From Dicyema japonicum (Eukaryota; Animalia; Dicyemida), in the NCBI GenBank assembly GCA_011109175.1, contig RDEW01000078.1, positions 1 to 64,000 of the forward strand: a stretch of 64,000 bases of DNA, in the 5' to 3' direction. Under the pieces are notes generated by a model. The model was not told the origin of the DNA. It ran no database searches and saw only the letters and a list, made by a program, of their open reading frames with translations. Below, in pieces: positions 12,191 to 24,404 of the stretch; position 1 is the stretch's first letter; each line of letters opens with the position of its first letter. Both the position numbers and the translations under genes were made by a program.

Positions 12191-12440
12191 TGTTTTCTTT
12201 ATTTGTCGATACACAATTCCTTTATTTTTAAATTTACAAATTCTTTTCCATTGTTAGTGTGTATAATCTCGGTCTTCCAGACATTTCATCAACCAGATTT
12301 ATTTGGGGTAGTTACCTCGAAAGCCGATTTGGTTGTTAAAGGTATCGTTGACAAAACTTGGATCTATTGGTTTGTGATTATCCATAATATCCCATAGAGT
12401 TCCAGGAGAAGTAAGTGATTTGGACTATTGTTCACAATTT

Positions 12441-13016
12441 CTATTGAATCTTCGCTGAGAATAGAAGAATGAATATCATGAATAGTGGAATTAATAACAG
12501 CAGAGTGAATAGCGGAATTAATAACATTAGTGGAATTATTGGCATTATTAGAGGACTTTTCAGTTTGGCTACGTGTTTGCACACAAATGTTTTCTTTATT
12601 TTCCTTTTCTGTTGTCTAAAAATTAATGATTTTATGGCCACATGGGAGTTATCCAAGAAATCCAGTCGGAAAGTGCCCGGTCCTCTGTGGCTCATTCTCA
12701 TAGATCCGTATTGGTCATAGTATTGTGAAACAATTGCGATTTTAATTTCATTCATATTAGAATTCACTGTAATTAATATAGTCTTGTTCTCTGAATGATC
12801 GGATTTCATTAGTTCATCCGTATATTTAGATATATCCTTGGGATCGTATTTTGTAATGGCATTCGGTGGTTTAACAAATTCAGCCTTATGAGGAGTCTTG
12901 TTCTCTGGAGAGAATGATTCAGCAGTAGCACTTCCCGGAGGACGAGAAGAGCTCTTCACTTTAGTGCTTTTTACTGGTTTTAATACAAGTATTTTGGTGT
13001 TTGTTTTCTTAACCAT
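12441..13016 (-). CDS. Uncharacterised ORF, possibly retroelement ORF1/gag-like (Lys/Ser/Pro-rich N-terminus, possible RRM-like segment)
   Basis: Open 191-codon frame starting at ATG, with TATAAATACCCC about 100 bp upstream on the same strand. No family recognised. Confidence 0.3.
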   Translation of the reverse strand: MVKKTNTKILVLKPVKSTKVKSSSRPPGSATAESFSPENKTPHKAEFVKPPNAITKYDPKDISKYTDELMKSDHSENKTILITVNSNMNEIKIAIVSQYYDQYGSMRMSHRGPGTFRLDFLDNSHVAIKSLIFRQQKRKIKKTFVCKHVAKLKSPLIMPIIPLMLLIPLFTLLLLIPLFMIFILLFSAKIQ

Positions 13017-13111
13017 TTATTCTGTAGAACTCGAAAATTGAAAAAAAATTGAAAAAAATGAAAATTAAAAAGAAAAATGAAAATTTTTTTTGACTTCTTA
13101 TATTGAGGGGG

Positions 13112-13119
13112 TATTTATA
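13112..13119 (-). promoter_or_regulatory. Candidate TATA box
   Basis: CTATAAATACCCCC on the minus strand, upstream of ORF 12441-13016. Confidence 0.3.
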
Positions 13120-13999
13120 GTGGGAAACGAGAATAATATAAAATGAATGCCGGCGTTATCCATATCTCTTTTCGGGATAAGGTGAGCATCGTTCCATGTG
13201 ACTTTCCTGGGTGAGACTTTTAGGCGGTTATCAAGAACCAAAGACACAGATTTAATGTCTTTTGTGCGGACCGCCTCCTCGAATCTAAGATATTTTCCTC
13301 AATCATTAGCGTACGACGAAAAATTGAATTTTGGGTAAATGGACAGAGGAGATCATCGATAAACACGTTAAATATTGTTAAAGATTCTAACAGACGATCT
13401 CCTTAGTTCTTTTAATTTTAGGCTGGACAAGATCCTACGTTATCAAACACATCCTCTGTTCTAAACATCAGGTTTCCAATGTCTCTCAAGTCGTTACCCC
13501 GTCATCTTCACAAGAAGAAAAAAATCTTTCATTCCTCATAAAGCTAAGCAGACAGTTCTTGCAATAATGACTTAACCACCTGAACTTCAAGTAAATTAAC
13601 CACGTGGCTACATTATTAGAATTTTCCTATAAATTATAAATCCATACCACATAAAAACAAACTTGCTTGCTGATCAAATTACGATAGCAGTTCTCTTACA
13701 TTATTATTGCCTTATAGTGGGCATAACCTTTCGTTCTTTGGTCTTCTAAGATAAACTAAATGATGGACCATTGGATACGCGAAAGGTGACTTGATCTATA
13801 CTTGAGAAATCCGTTACATCTCTATTTACCGAGGACAAGAAAATGTCAATTCAAGTAAATTAGAAAACATTACGATTTAAGATTGACAAAAAATCCCTTG
13901 AGTGATTTCTGATACACATATGTGTGTCTCGTGGTATGTTGGAAATATGCTAAAGTAATGTGAGAAAAAATCAATCTGAAAAGCCTAACGGGGCGGGAA

Positions 14000-14300
14000 C
14001 CATCTCGTTCTAAAAGCGATTACAAAAAAGGCTTTTGGAGTGACATTGAAGTGTCTACGGACAAAAAGATCATTATGTCGACATCATAATCAGAATGAAT
14101 AACAGAGGAGGCTGATACAACGTGAACTTGACTACAATGTGCTTTTGTAGGATCGAGGGAGGAACAGTCAGCCAAGATGAGAGCCTGGATTAAATTTGTG
14201 GGATTATGGCGACGTCACTAGTCAAGCCAAAGCATCAACGAGATTTGAACTATGAGCCATCAGACCTTGTGTCCGGCACTCGTTACACAGCTCTGGTGAT
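14000..14300 (-). mobile_element. tRNA-headed SINE-like element, type C
   Basis: Head GTGTAACGAGTGCCGG..ATAGTTCAAATC. Related heads occur at 24175-24230 (+) and 22303-22360 (+). The 3' boundary is approximate. Confidence 0.5.
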
Positions 14301-14544
14301 CAATCTATTATATATCTTTACTTTATTATTTAAAAAAAACGGAATTACGATAAAAAAAACATGGTCATCTGCGGTGATCTGACAGTAAACACTCACATTG
14401 GCTCAGAACGTATAATGCAGACGGCCGAGGAGAATTCATTTAAAGTTTCTTGGTAACCTGATCATCCCAAACAACCCAGATTCCATATAAGGATATCTCA
14501 AAAATACTGACAAACCCACATCCCCTGATATTAATTTATGTTCA

Positions 14545-14735
14545 AAGAAGTACACATGCCTCGGCGAGCAGTACACATTTGAACCAGTCGCAGTCGAAAC
14601 TTCGGGAGTCATAGGAAGCAGGTCGTTAGCCTTGCTCAACAAAATTGGATCGTTAGTCGCGATAAAAGGAGGAGGGATGTCAGAGAGAAGGGCTGGCTCA
14701 TTGAGCGTATCTCCTTACAGATCGTAAGGGGATGT
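14545..14735 (+). mobile_element. CRE-clade retrotransposon 3' fragment
   Basis: KKYTCLGEQYTFEPVAVETSGVIGSRSLALLNKIG...REKGWLIERISLQIVRG. Confidence 0.8.
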
Positions 14736-14859
14736 TTAAAAAAATTATGTTACCTCATTAATGGAATTATCCACTTTTAATATCCGTTTTGGTTTTTTTT
14801 GGTGACCGCAACCCAATTATTCCTTAAATGTCAGACTTGTGCGTACCTCCAAACGGGGA

Positions 14860-15650
14860 AATTCAAAAATTTTGCGAAACAAATTTCGTGATTTCATTAA
14901 GTACGTGGATTCTCAGCTTTCTGGGATGCAGATGACAGATATAATGGTTGATAAAGCACCAAATATGCTTGACCAACTTTAAAACGGATGTTGTAGCTTC
15001 CCCTCCAATGCATGATAAACATAAACTCGCTAACAAGTTTATCAATTTTTTGTATCGATAAGTTACAAAAATTAGTCTTTTAGTATCAATTCTCTTCCTA
15101 TTAATGCCAATATTCTTCACTGCCAAACAACTGCCTCGATGGAGTATCTTCAAGTCATCTGAGGTACGTGTGGCCACAGTTTGATATTTACGAACATAAA
15201 ACTCCTATATACAGTGTGTACACTCTACTTAACATCGAAGAATTATCATTATTATTTTAAAAATCAACTAAAAAGTTATCTCCTCGTCGCTTCTGCAACA
15301 CCGTGAACCATCCTTCGTGTCCGATTCCTCACGCTTTCTTGAGAAGCCAATTTTTCAAAGACATGTTGGCGTGTGCATTTTCGAGTTTCAAATTTATTAA
15401 TAATCAATATTTTGATTATGCAAATCATTTCATTGATTTTCAAATTCTTTCATTGTTCACACAAGACATTCCACAGTCCCTAAAGTCCGGGCCCAGAAAC
15501 AGAAATCTGTGTTTTTCATAGTCATCATAAGTTCGTCGGATACTTAGTTTCCTGAAAGAATAATAGACACTTTTGCTTTCCCGGTGTGTGTAAATGAACA
15601 TTCGAGAAATTACCTCCAAATTAAGCATCAATTTTAGAGAAAAGTCTGTC
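14860..15650 (-). mobile_element. Possible Merlin/ISXO2-like transposase remnant
   Basis: N-terminal Cys-containing segment (FLFLGPDFRDCGMSC) and a later HIWCFINH....HP....IH, resembling HxxVNHxxxFVxPxxxxHT. Very degraded. Confidence 0.35.
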
Positions 15651-16199
15651 ATTTTTTCCTGAGGTAAAGGTTTGATTTTCGAAGGTTGGTTAATATGTCG
15701 CGAGCGCTGAGAGTGATCGAGCGCAGTGGTTAATATATAGTAAATTGGGTGTCAAATGGGGTATTAGATTAAAATAGTAGAAGGATCGGGAGGTGGTTGA
15801 AGATATTGTATGGTCGCATTTCTAAGTGATTTCCCAACTACAGAATCTTCGTCTGTAAGTGGTCAATCGAGGTTTAAAAATCTCGATATACTTATCAAAG
15901 GTAAGTTTGACGTTCGAAGTGTAAATTTAAAAGCATTTTATCTTCTAAGTAAAGTTCGCTAATGTTGATTACAGAAGGGAGAGGGTTCTTTACGAATGCC
16001 TTTAACACCGTTTAAATTGCGCTTCAATCTATGGAGAATTTTTCGGGGACATGCCTGGACTGACCCGAAGTCTCATCGTGAATAAAGTAACTTTCGATTT
16101 GGAGTCGGACACTGATAGCTGGTTGCCGCATAAGAAAAAACGATTGAAGTATATTTAAATATCTACAATGGTAGTTTCTACTAAATGGAGAATGATGTT

Positions 16200-16526
16200 A
16201 ATAATAATAAAGCCTTTTCACGAGAGCCATAGTATTTATAGCTCCGCATCGGCAGGACACACACTTTATTTAAGTAAAGAACAGTTAATTTTAACTAATC
16301 GTAGAACCAAGGAATGATCTTCACTTCTTTTTTTCTTTTTCTTGTGTGAGTGTCCTTTCTAGACAATCCAGTTCCGCACTGAGTATCCAGTGATGACGAC
16401 TTCACTCGTCAAACCCTTTCTGCATCGTAGATACGTGGAACCTTCCACCAGGTGAACAGCAGCGAGATTCGAATCCGTAGCATAAGCCACTTAAGCCCTG
16501 TCACCTAACCACTAAGCCACCCGGCT
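16200..16526 (-). mobile_element. tRNA-headed SINE, type A (near full length)
   Basis: Head AGCCGGGTGGCTTAGTGGTTAGG..GGATTCGAATCTC. The body matches 10039-10357 and there is a (TTA)n tail near 16200. Confidence 0.85.
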
Positions 16527-16599
16527 GATGATAGTTACCACCAAAAAAGCATAGATTGAGATCCACCCCTACAGTAATAGTTACATCCTCTCCATATTG

Positions 16600-18900
16600 T
16601 AAGAATAATATTTTACAATCATCGGTTATAGAAAAATGCATAAATAAGTCATTAGTATAGGGACAGTAAAGAGATTGTGGAATTCCATTTGGTACTAGTC
16701 AAAATCTTAACATTTTCTATAGTGAAATTTGAAGGCACTGATTAATGCTTCCCCCGTATAAATCTGTCGTATAAACTTTTGTTAAAAGAACGCTCTAGAT
16801 GAAGTAAAGGCCTTGTGCATGTTTATTGGAATTTTAGCGTTTTTTTCGAGATACAGAGCTGTAAGCAATTCTTCACTTCTAAAGACTAAGGTCATTGAGA
16901 TTTCTGTCAGTCATTGCAACAATAGCCAGTATTTCCCACCCATAAGGTCACGTGGTCAGTCAATCGTTAAGATATTAGCCATCACCTTCAAAAAGTGTTA
17001 TCTGGAAAGCCGTGATCCATATTTGACTACTTTCACAATCTACACTTAGTGAGAGTTCAGTAAAACGTTGCGTCAATAGTCAGTATTGCGCATGAGTGGG
17101 GTCACGTCGTCCAGTCAAGTCGTAATCAATTCCTCACTACTTCCAGTAACGAAACTTTATGATACTCCAGTAAAGGTTGAGTCAATAGCAAGTTTTGCCG
17201 ACGAGTAATTAGTCCACCTAATTCCATTCAAGGAAATAGAAAAGCATCAGATAAATTGGAAATAAATGAACTAATTTTGAAATGAGCTATGTTGTGGATA
17301 AATTAGAGTTTGAGAGGCTTAAGAGAGACTAATTCCATATACCTGACGTTACAAGCACTCCTGTTTATAAATAAACCTCCTATTCCTATTCAACTTAAAT
17401 GGTGTCATGTGATCAACTCATCTCAGGTGAGTACCAGGTTAGCATTTAAAAGGATCATTTTCTATCACCCACTCTATTGGAGGGGTTCCCACAGTTGCAA
17501 AGAATGGACATCTACCTTTTTTGACGGTTCCTGTGGACTTTTATGTCATTGAGAGGACTCTGTTTATGTGACCGTAGGAACTGGATATATTAGTTGTTAT
17601 TTGTTAACTTTTTTCTGTCTATCCAGAGTTAATAATAATATATCCGTCATTGTGAGAACTTCTCCATTGATAGGAACTGGGAGACTCCTGAGGCAGACAG
17701 ATCACATGACGCTTCTTATGAATTGTAGAATGCAGTTATCGGAACAGAATCCTTCGACCAGGTTAATTAACTCTTAACTTCTTTCTGGTATATCTGAGGT
17801 ACTTAAATAAATAAAGTAAGGAATTTTAATATTGTTACCTTATAAAGACCTTATAAAGACTTCCACCGACTTAACTGAGCCTTTCAAATTATGTCTCCAT
17901 GAGCCTTGTGAACAATTTTTGTTATCAAATACAAGAATGTTATCTGGTGTGGTAAGATCTACTGGTGAAAGAGATAGAGGCTTTTTAGTTCCATGTAATG
18001 AACACTATTAGCTATAAGAGATGATCTACACTGAAAAGCCTGTACATACCAATTTGGGTCCTCAAATATTTCAAGGTCATCCGTCACAACCTCACAAAAC
18101 TTCTAATAAATTAATAAAGAACTTTGCTTATTGTAAAGACTCTCAAATTCTAAGAGTTATAATTAATCAATCTTCTCCCTCCAAGATGTGTCCGGTTAAG
18201 GTTTTGAAAGCAGAAGGTAATACCCTGGAACGTTGATGATTAGTTTTCCTATTAAGGAGTCTCAGCATGCTTCCTGGGATGTTGAGGAGAGTCAGAGTTA
18301 TTAAAGACAGCCCTCTTGAATCTGCTGGTTGTAATCTTTAATCAAGCACAGTGTTTGGTGTTGAAGTCTTCCACAGAATCATGTTTTCGTGGTTTTTTTA
18401 AATTGAATAAGTTTAGCACAAATCCTTTTTAGGATAATAATTGTGGATAGACGTAGATACTTTAATGTTGAGAGCTCCAAATCAGCTCGTAGTGGAAATT
18501 CAGGATATTTCTGTAGTCTTGTAGTATATTAATGATTGCAGTTTTGCGGAGATGTCAGTAAATCGAATATTATTCCTAATAATGATGATGAGACCCTTAA
18601 CACAGCGGTTCGAGCAATCCATATAGATGAAGTGGTATTCTGAAAAATTCTGGGTAGACGAGAATTGAGTAAGTATGTTTTTTTGGGATAAAATCAGGTC
18701 AATGTTCCGTTTGTTCAAGGAATTTTCTTTTGATTCTGTTGATATTTAAGAGACTGGATTAGAATCTATGAGAATTATTGGAATCCCATTCAGCCAACGA
18801 GGACTGAGAAGGGGAAGAGGCCATCGTCCAAAGAGTCTTTTTTCGGATAGCTGTTATCTAATGGTCTTTTTTCGCCGTGCATTACATGCAACCTAGGCTC
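16600..18900 (-). mobile_element. Decayed, internally deleted APE-type LINE, possibly with an RNase H remnant
   Basis: APE N-terminus SLNINRIKRK..LNKRNIDLIL at 18500-18760, RT C-terminal remnants near 18000-18250 and an NEL...AKLA-like motif near 17200. Interrupted by SINE pieces. Confidence 0.55.
17398..17770. mobile_element. Two opposed SINE type B fragments (+ 17398-17640; - 17670-17770)
   Basis: Shared core GTCATGTGATC...AAAAGGATC...GAACTGG..ATTAGTTG, also seen at 25075, 26230, 35260, 45310, 48415 and 49378. Confidence 0.7.
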
Positions 18901-19061
18901 CTCCTGAATTTTCACACATACTTAATTTATGATTTATTTTGATAGTTTATATTTAATTTTAATTTAATAAAAAAATTTAAATTACCAGATCTATGTGTAG
19001 TTATTCTTATTCATCCAATAATTCAACTTTTCACGTTATACTATATGTTTGAGAAATTCTA

Positions 19062-22000
19062 AAATCTGTCAGCGGAAATTTTCAATATTAATTTGTAGAA
19101 AAAAAGAAAATAAAGTCTATCCATGTTCGAAGAGTTAAATTCATCATAAAATTTCCAATAAACGAAGTAGTCGTCCTTTTAAAAATTAATTTGTAGCTTT
19201 TCAAATATAAATTTCACATACTCGCGAATATTTGTCCTTGAATATCAACACAGCTCCTTNAAATCTGTCAGCGGAAATTGTCAATATTAATTTGTAGAAA
19301 AAAAAGAAAATAAAGTCTATCCATCTTCGAAGAGTTAAATTCATCATAAAATTTCCAATAAACGAAGTAATCGTCCTTTCAAAAATTAATTTGTAGATTT
19401 TCAAATATAAATTTCCTATACTCGCGAATATTCGACCTTGAATATCAACACAGCTCCTTAATTGTTGAAAATAACAAAGTTCGTTAACCATTGTTAAAAT
19501 TCAACTCAAATATTACCTTTGTGATAATGTGACCAGGTTTAAGCTGGAATCTGCTTATAGGGATCAAACTATCAGTTCTCTTGTCTCCCAACTTTAGAAA
19601 AGCAGAATTCTTATAGAGAAAGTCAGAATGCTCTACAACTAACTTCAGTTAGGAAAACTCAAGATAATCTGGCATAAATGGAGAATTTGAGGATTAAGTT
19701 CCCTCATTTTCCTTATTGTATGACAAAATGATCAAATCCACGTGTAGGAAGGAATTACTTGATACACAAGCAGATAAATGATGTTTGAGGTTTTTTTGGT
19801 TGTTATTGAAGAAGTGTGATTGTTAGTCCAAATTGGTGAATCCTGGATATACTGCATGTATTGGTTATTTGTCTGATAAATATTTGCAAGGGTCAGTCTC
19901 GATGGCAATGCTTTTGGCGGCGCATATTTTCTCGATTTATTAAATGAGTGAAAAAGTTTAGATTTTTTGATTTAACTTGTTTATTTCGNATGTTTTTGGC
20001 GGCGCATATTTTCTCGATTTATTAAATGAGTGAAAAAGTTTAGGTATTTTTGATTTAACTTGTTTATTTCGTTTTGTATGAATATAGTAATATTCGTTGC
20101 TCTTTTTTTGTTTTTTTACTGGTCGTTGGGTCACGGATTTTTAATAACTCAGGAATTACCTGATTGAAGTTTTATCCAAGTATTCCGGTAGGAGAGATTG
20201 TATCCTTTCCAAACATCTATTCAAAGTATACGAGAACCACTGCAATGGAGTAGATGGAAAGGAATCTTTTTTGGATGCCTACCAAACATTGGAGTCTCCT
20301 GGGTAAAGTAGATTCAACAACGCCTCCTTTGATCAAGTAAATAGCACGTGGGAATCTAAGCCACAGTTAATTGCGATGATAGCGACAACATAACAGTAAT
20401 CAATTTTCTCGAGGTCGAACGGCCGCTTTTTAGGAATTTATGGAAGCCTCATGTAATTAAAATTTTAACATAAAAACCGACGGTCGCTCACTTTTTATTA
20501 AATGTGAGATAACTTCATCGATATTGTTTTACTAAATGAACTTATCATAGTAAAATATTGGATTTTAGAAAATATTAAGAATTTCAGAGGGATCAACATA
20601 ATGTAGAAGCATATAAAGTAATATTTCCACACATGCGACACTTGAAACGGTTCTTTTACAATCCTTCCATAAAAGCTTTAAAAAACAGTTATTTCATTTA
20701 TAAAAATTATTAATTAAGAATGAGAATAAAAATGTTTATAACAACTAATTTATTAGCGACGCCAGAATTCCTGAGTTGTCTAGGAGATCGGGTTTTTCCA
20801 CTAGCAGGAAATCCTAGTGATCACTGCTGGCTATTTTAGTGGATCCTACTCCCCATCCTTAGAGGGAATAGCCACGCAGTCATGGCAGCCGCCATATGTT
20901 TGTTTCTTTATTTTTTTTGTTTGAACAATAAAAATTTATTTATCAAATTTATTAATTTAATAAAAATTCAAATGTCAGAAGTATTTATGTTGCGCAGAAA
21001 ATTGTTAACATTGAATCCAAAACAGTCTTTAAAGCAAAGAAAAGAAGACAGTTTAGACAATTTTGGTTATCCAGAANTATGTTTGTTTCTTTATTTTTTT
21101 GTTTTAACAATAAAAATTTATTTAGCAAATTTATTAATTTAATAAAAATTCAAATGTCAAAAGTATTTATGTTGAGCAGAAAATTGTTAACAATGAATCC
21201 AAAACAGTTTTTAAAGCAAAAAAAAGAAGACAGTTTAGACAATTTTGGTTATCCAGAACGTTAATTAGGTAGGACTTTGGCCAGAAGATTACAGCCAAGA
21301 AATGATCTACGTATGGAATGTTGTTCGATCCCTCCTTTCCTGAGGATTTCGAGAGTCATAGAAAGTCGCATAATGCTCGATAGAGAGTTCTCCAATTTAT
21401 TCTGGTACCATTTTAACTTAAGACTAGTCAAAATACGTGGAAAGTCAACTCAAAGTAATAGTCGGCTTCGTGGATGGTCATTTTGCAANTTTAACTTAAG
21501 ACTAGTCAAAATACGTGAAAAGTCAACTCAAAGTAATCGTCGGCTTCGTGGATCGGTTCATTATGCAAATTGACAAGACCAGCACCAAAAGTCTCCACAA
21601 CAAAGTATTCACTTAGGCATACGCAGTTAAAATCAGTCCTACAAGTATTGACTCAGAATTAGGTGATTTTTCACTCCAATCACAAATACTATATAAGTCA
21701 TTGCTATTTATCACGTGCTCTGATGAATTGGCTGGATTATGCTTCTTGGAATATGTAGCCCAGGTCTTTTTTTTATTTATTACAGGTAGAGTAGGTCGTG
21801 AGTTCGTCGGAGATGACTACAGAGTCGTGAAACTGTCTACTAGTGTCCCTGTGAAGTTTATGATAAGCAGAATATGGGTAGGTCAGGACTACAGGAGGAA
21901 GATGATTGGGACAAGGCTGCTAGATTGTGCTAAGGCTGTGGAANATGAATTGGCTGGATTATGCCTCTTGGAATATGTAGCCCAGGTCTTTCCTTTATAT

Positions 22001-22165
22001 ATTACAGGTAGAGTAGGTCATTGAGTTCGTCGGAGATGACTACAGAGTCGTGAAACTGTCTACTACTGTCCCTGTGAAGTTTATGATAAGCAGAATATGG
22101 GTAGGTCAGGACTACAGGAGGAAGAAGATTGGGATGAGGCTGCTAGATTGTGCTAAGGCTGTGGA
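19062..22165. other. Five tandem near-duplicates, each joined by a single n (probable assembly overlap artefacts)
   Basis: The n positions are 19260, 19989, 21077, 21489 and 21944. Each separates two copies (about 80-220 bp) that differ by scattered substitutions and small indels. Confidence 0.85.
20765..20915 (+). mobile_element. CRE-clade retrotransposon extreme 3' fragment
   Basis: WLF*WILLPILRGNSHAVMAAA matches the WLFQRISLAxxRGN C-terminus of the other copies. Confidence 0.65.
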
Positions 22166-22258
22166 ATCTGCTAGTAAAAGTGAGATCATCTTCACTGACC
22201 CGACTGATTGATTAGGTCATATATGGAGAATGAGTCCATTTATGTTAAAAATATTTAA
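20972..22258 (+). pseudogene. ESCO1/2: Cohesin acetyltransferase ESCO1/2 (Eco1) pseudogene
   Basis: KKTV*TIL|DFGQK (PIP-box region) and zinc-finger remnant K*STYGMLFDPSFPEDFESHRKSH. GNAT motifs ISRIWVGQDYRRKMIGTRLLD and IIFTDPTD are present. Stops, lost cysteines and a C-terminal frameshift disrupt it. Confidence 0.85.
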
Positions 22259-22302
22259 CTTTTTGTAAATTTAATTTTTATTTTTGTATTCAGAGTGCCT
22301 TG

Positions 22303-22500
22303 TCCAGTAGCGCAGAGCAACAAGTGCCGGGGAAAGGCCTGGTGGTTTGAATCTGACTGTTGTACATTCCACGCATCTACGATGCTTTGCATTGACGAGT
22401 GACGGAAATATGCCGACTTACCCAATGGAATGCAGTTTATTCCCCTCCTTTTGGAGACTTTCGATACCATAGGATCCTCGACAGTGGAACTTATGACTTG
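22303..22500 (+). mobile_element. SINE with a type C-like head and type A core
   Basis: CCAGTAGCGCAGAG..GTGCCGGG..GGTTTGAATC head, followed by TTCCACGCATCTACGATGC..TTGACGAGTGA, which is shared with type A. Confidence 0.6.
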
Positions 22501-23499
22501 GGAGTCAGATGGAAGATCTTCGTGAACACCTCTGCATATTCGAGCGAGTTTCGCTCTCTACTGTAAAGAAAAAGCCATGCGGTGTGGGCTTCCTTTGAAC
22601 TTGCTCTCAAAGCACTATCGAAAGAGACGATTATTACTTCAAATCTCACTGAGTAAACGCGGCACGGAAAACAAATTGCGTTAGAAGTAAAGGAGATAGC
22701 CATCCCTCGATAGGAGTGATCACTGAAAGTCATTACCTTGATGCACGGAAAGTCGTAATAGACCAAGACTAGGAAAACTACTTCAGGATCTTCTACCTAT
22801 ATTCCTGTAGGGGCAATCAGAACCAGAAATTGCATTGATGACTAATGTCGGTCACTGAATCAATGACTAATTTTTCTTTAATCCTTAAAATCTTTGTTAT
22901 GAAGAGGGAATGAAGACCCAAAATCTTTGATTATGTCTGTATTCATATTTTTACGGACAATCTTTATGATCCATTACCCCTTATCGTCAATTCTCAGTCC
23001 AATTGGGAATTTATTCAGCATCTGGAAAACTACATGTTTCCACAGGAAGTGTTGAAAATGAAAAAAATTAAAAAAAAAGTTTGTTTTTATTCTTAAAAAT
23101 TTAGTGACGCTATTTGTCGGGAAACCGTACAAGTATGATTGGTTGATGATTAATTCGTTCAAAAATTGCAAATATCGAGCGAACAAATGTCAAATCATAT
23201 ATTTCTCGTGATAATCCTAGAAGAGGCCTAAGTTCTTTTATGAGCCAGAAAATGCTTTTGGAACTTTTTTTACTTAGAAAACAGAAGTATGGCATGCACA
23301 GAAGTGACGCAATTCTCCATGCCGACATTTGATTACAATTGAATAATATTTACGATGTAAATACATGCATGTTCCTCTATTGAAGTGGATATTAACTACA
23401 ACTTGAGTTACTCCTATATTGAATAAATAAGAAGAATCTGCGTTCTCTTATACAAAATTTTGGCTGAGGGATATTATCAACTCGTCTCATTGACTCTTA

Positions 23500-23915
23500 A
23501 AAGGGAATAATCCTCAATGCTCTGAAGCCTTATATCGTCTATTCAGGACATAATTTGTTATTTGCAGTATGTGAGGTCTGCAAAAATTTGAAGAGGACTG
23601 ATGACTAGTGTTCTCCGCAGTAACGAGGTGGACGTATTTTTTGACGATCTAAATAGAATTCTGAGACATCGATTTTGTAATATCTCCAGCTTGCTCTGTG
23701 CCGATATTGATAAGGGGGCAATCCATGCAGCACAGGTGTACTCGATACTAAATAGGACAAATTGTTTGTATAGTAGCTCTAACGATGGGCGGAAAGATAC
23801 TGGAAAGTGAGTGAAGGCCTTGAGAAATCCAATTTTCTTTTCGATCCTCGCGGTTACTAGGTCCACTTGATGGATAAATGAGAGTTGGGGATCCAGAATG
23901 ACTCCAAAGATTGAA
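23500..23915 (-). mobile_element. LINE RT C-terminal fragment
   Basis: IFGVILDPQLSFIHQV...LYKQFVLFSIEYTCAAW...KLEILQNRCLR. Confidence 0.85.
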
Positions 23916-24257
23916 AGGGGGAAGCGTGGAGGCATACAATGTTATTCGTGGTGTTGTTCGTAATTCTTTTCGTGTTGAGGCAATCGTCATTACATATGAC
24001 TTTCCTGGTGATATATTCAGACGGTTCTTCAGGAATCAAAGATTCATGTCTACTTTCGTAGCTGTCACTTTAGTTCTAAAGGTAAATTATTATTTTTTTA
24101 AATTAAACTAATTTTATTAAATATTTTTGGATAAATATTCGCTTAATTTTAAACCAAAATCTCAAAAGATACCGGGTGTCACAGTGTAACGAGTGCCAGG
24201 CAAGAGGCATAGTTTGAATCCAGCTGATTTATATTTGGTTTAAGGATCTACGCTTTA

Positions 24258-24400
24258 TAGACAATCCAGTTCCGCAGTGAGTATCCACTGATAACAGCAC
24301 TCGTTAAACCGTTTTAGCATCGTAGATGCGTGGAACCTTCCACCAGGTGAACAGCAGCGAAAATCGAACTCGCAACCTAAGTCACTTTAGCCCGACACCT
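24258..24400 (-). mobile_element. SINE type A, 5' half
   Basis: Aligns with 16360-16505. Confidence 0.8.
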
Positions 24401-24404
24401 TCAT

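Larger units (their letters stand above)
9968..12400 (-). mobile_element. Long Ginger2-like integrase element, copy A (decayed; SINE and LINE pieces inside)
   Basis: Collinear with 52954-56900, and homology starts at TGTACATGAATATCT in both. Integrase motifs TIPLTTKSAFEV and EIIHTNNGKEFVN lie near 12200-12360. The second terminus was not found. Confidence 0.65.

Noticed and set aside
16440-16526. tRNA genes at A/B-box-like sequences (also 10290-10357, 25075-25120, 45470-45532)
   Set aside because: No convincing cloverleaf, and each is attached to a repeated body and tail, so they are SINE heads.
20160-20460. KIDYCYV motif reminiscent of KAT14/CSRP2BP
   Set aside because: Only a 6-residue match, and the downstream GNAT motifs are absent. 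It may be a gene relic but cannot be named.
22255-22766. Minus-strand ORFs that looked like a conserved gene convergent with ESCO
   Set aside because: 22303-22500 is a SINE on the + strand. The rest reads better on + as a LINE endonuclease start (HPSIGVITESH).
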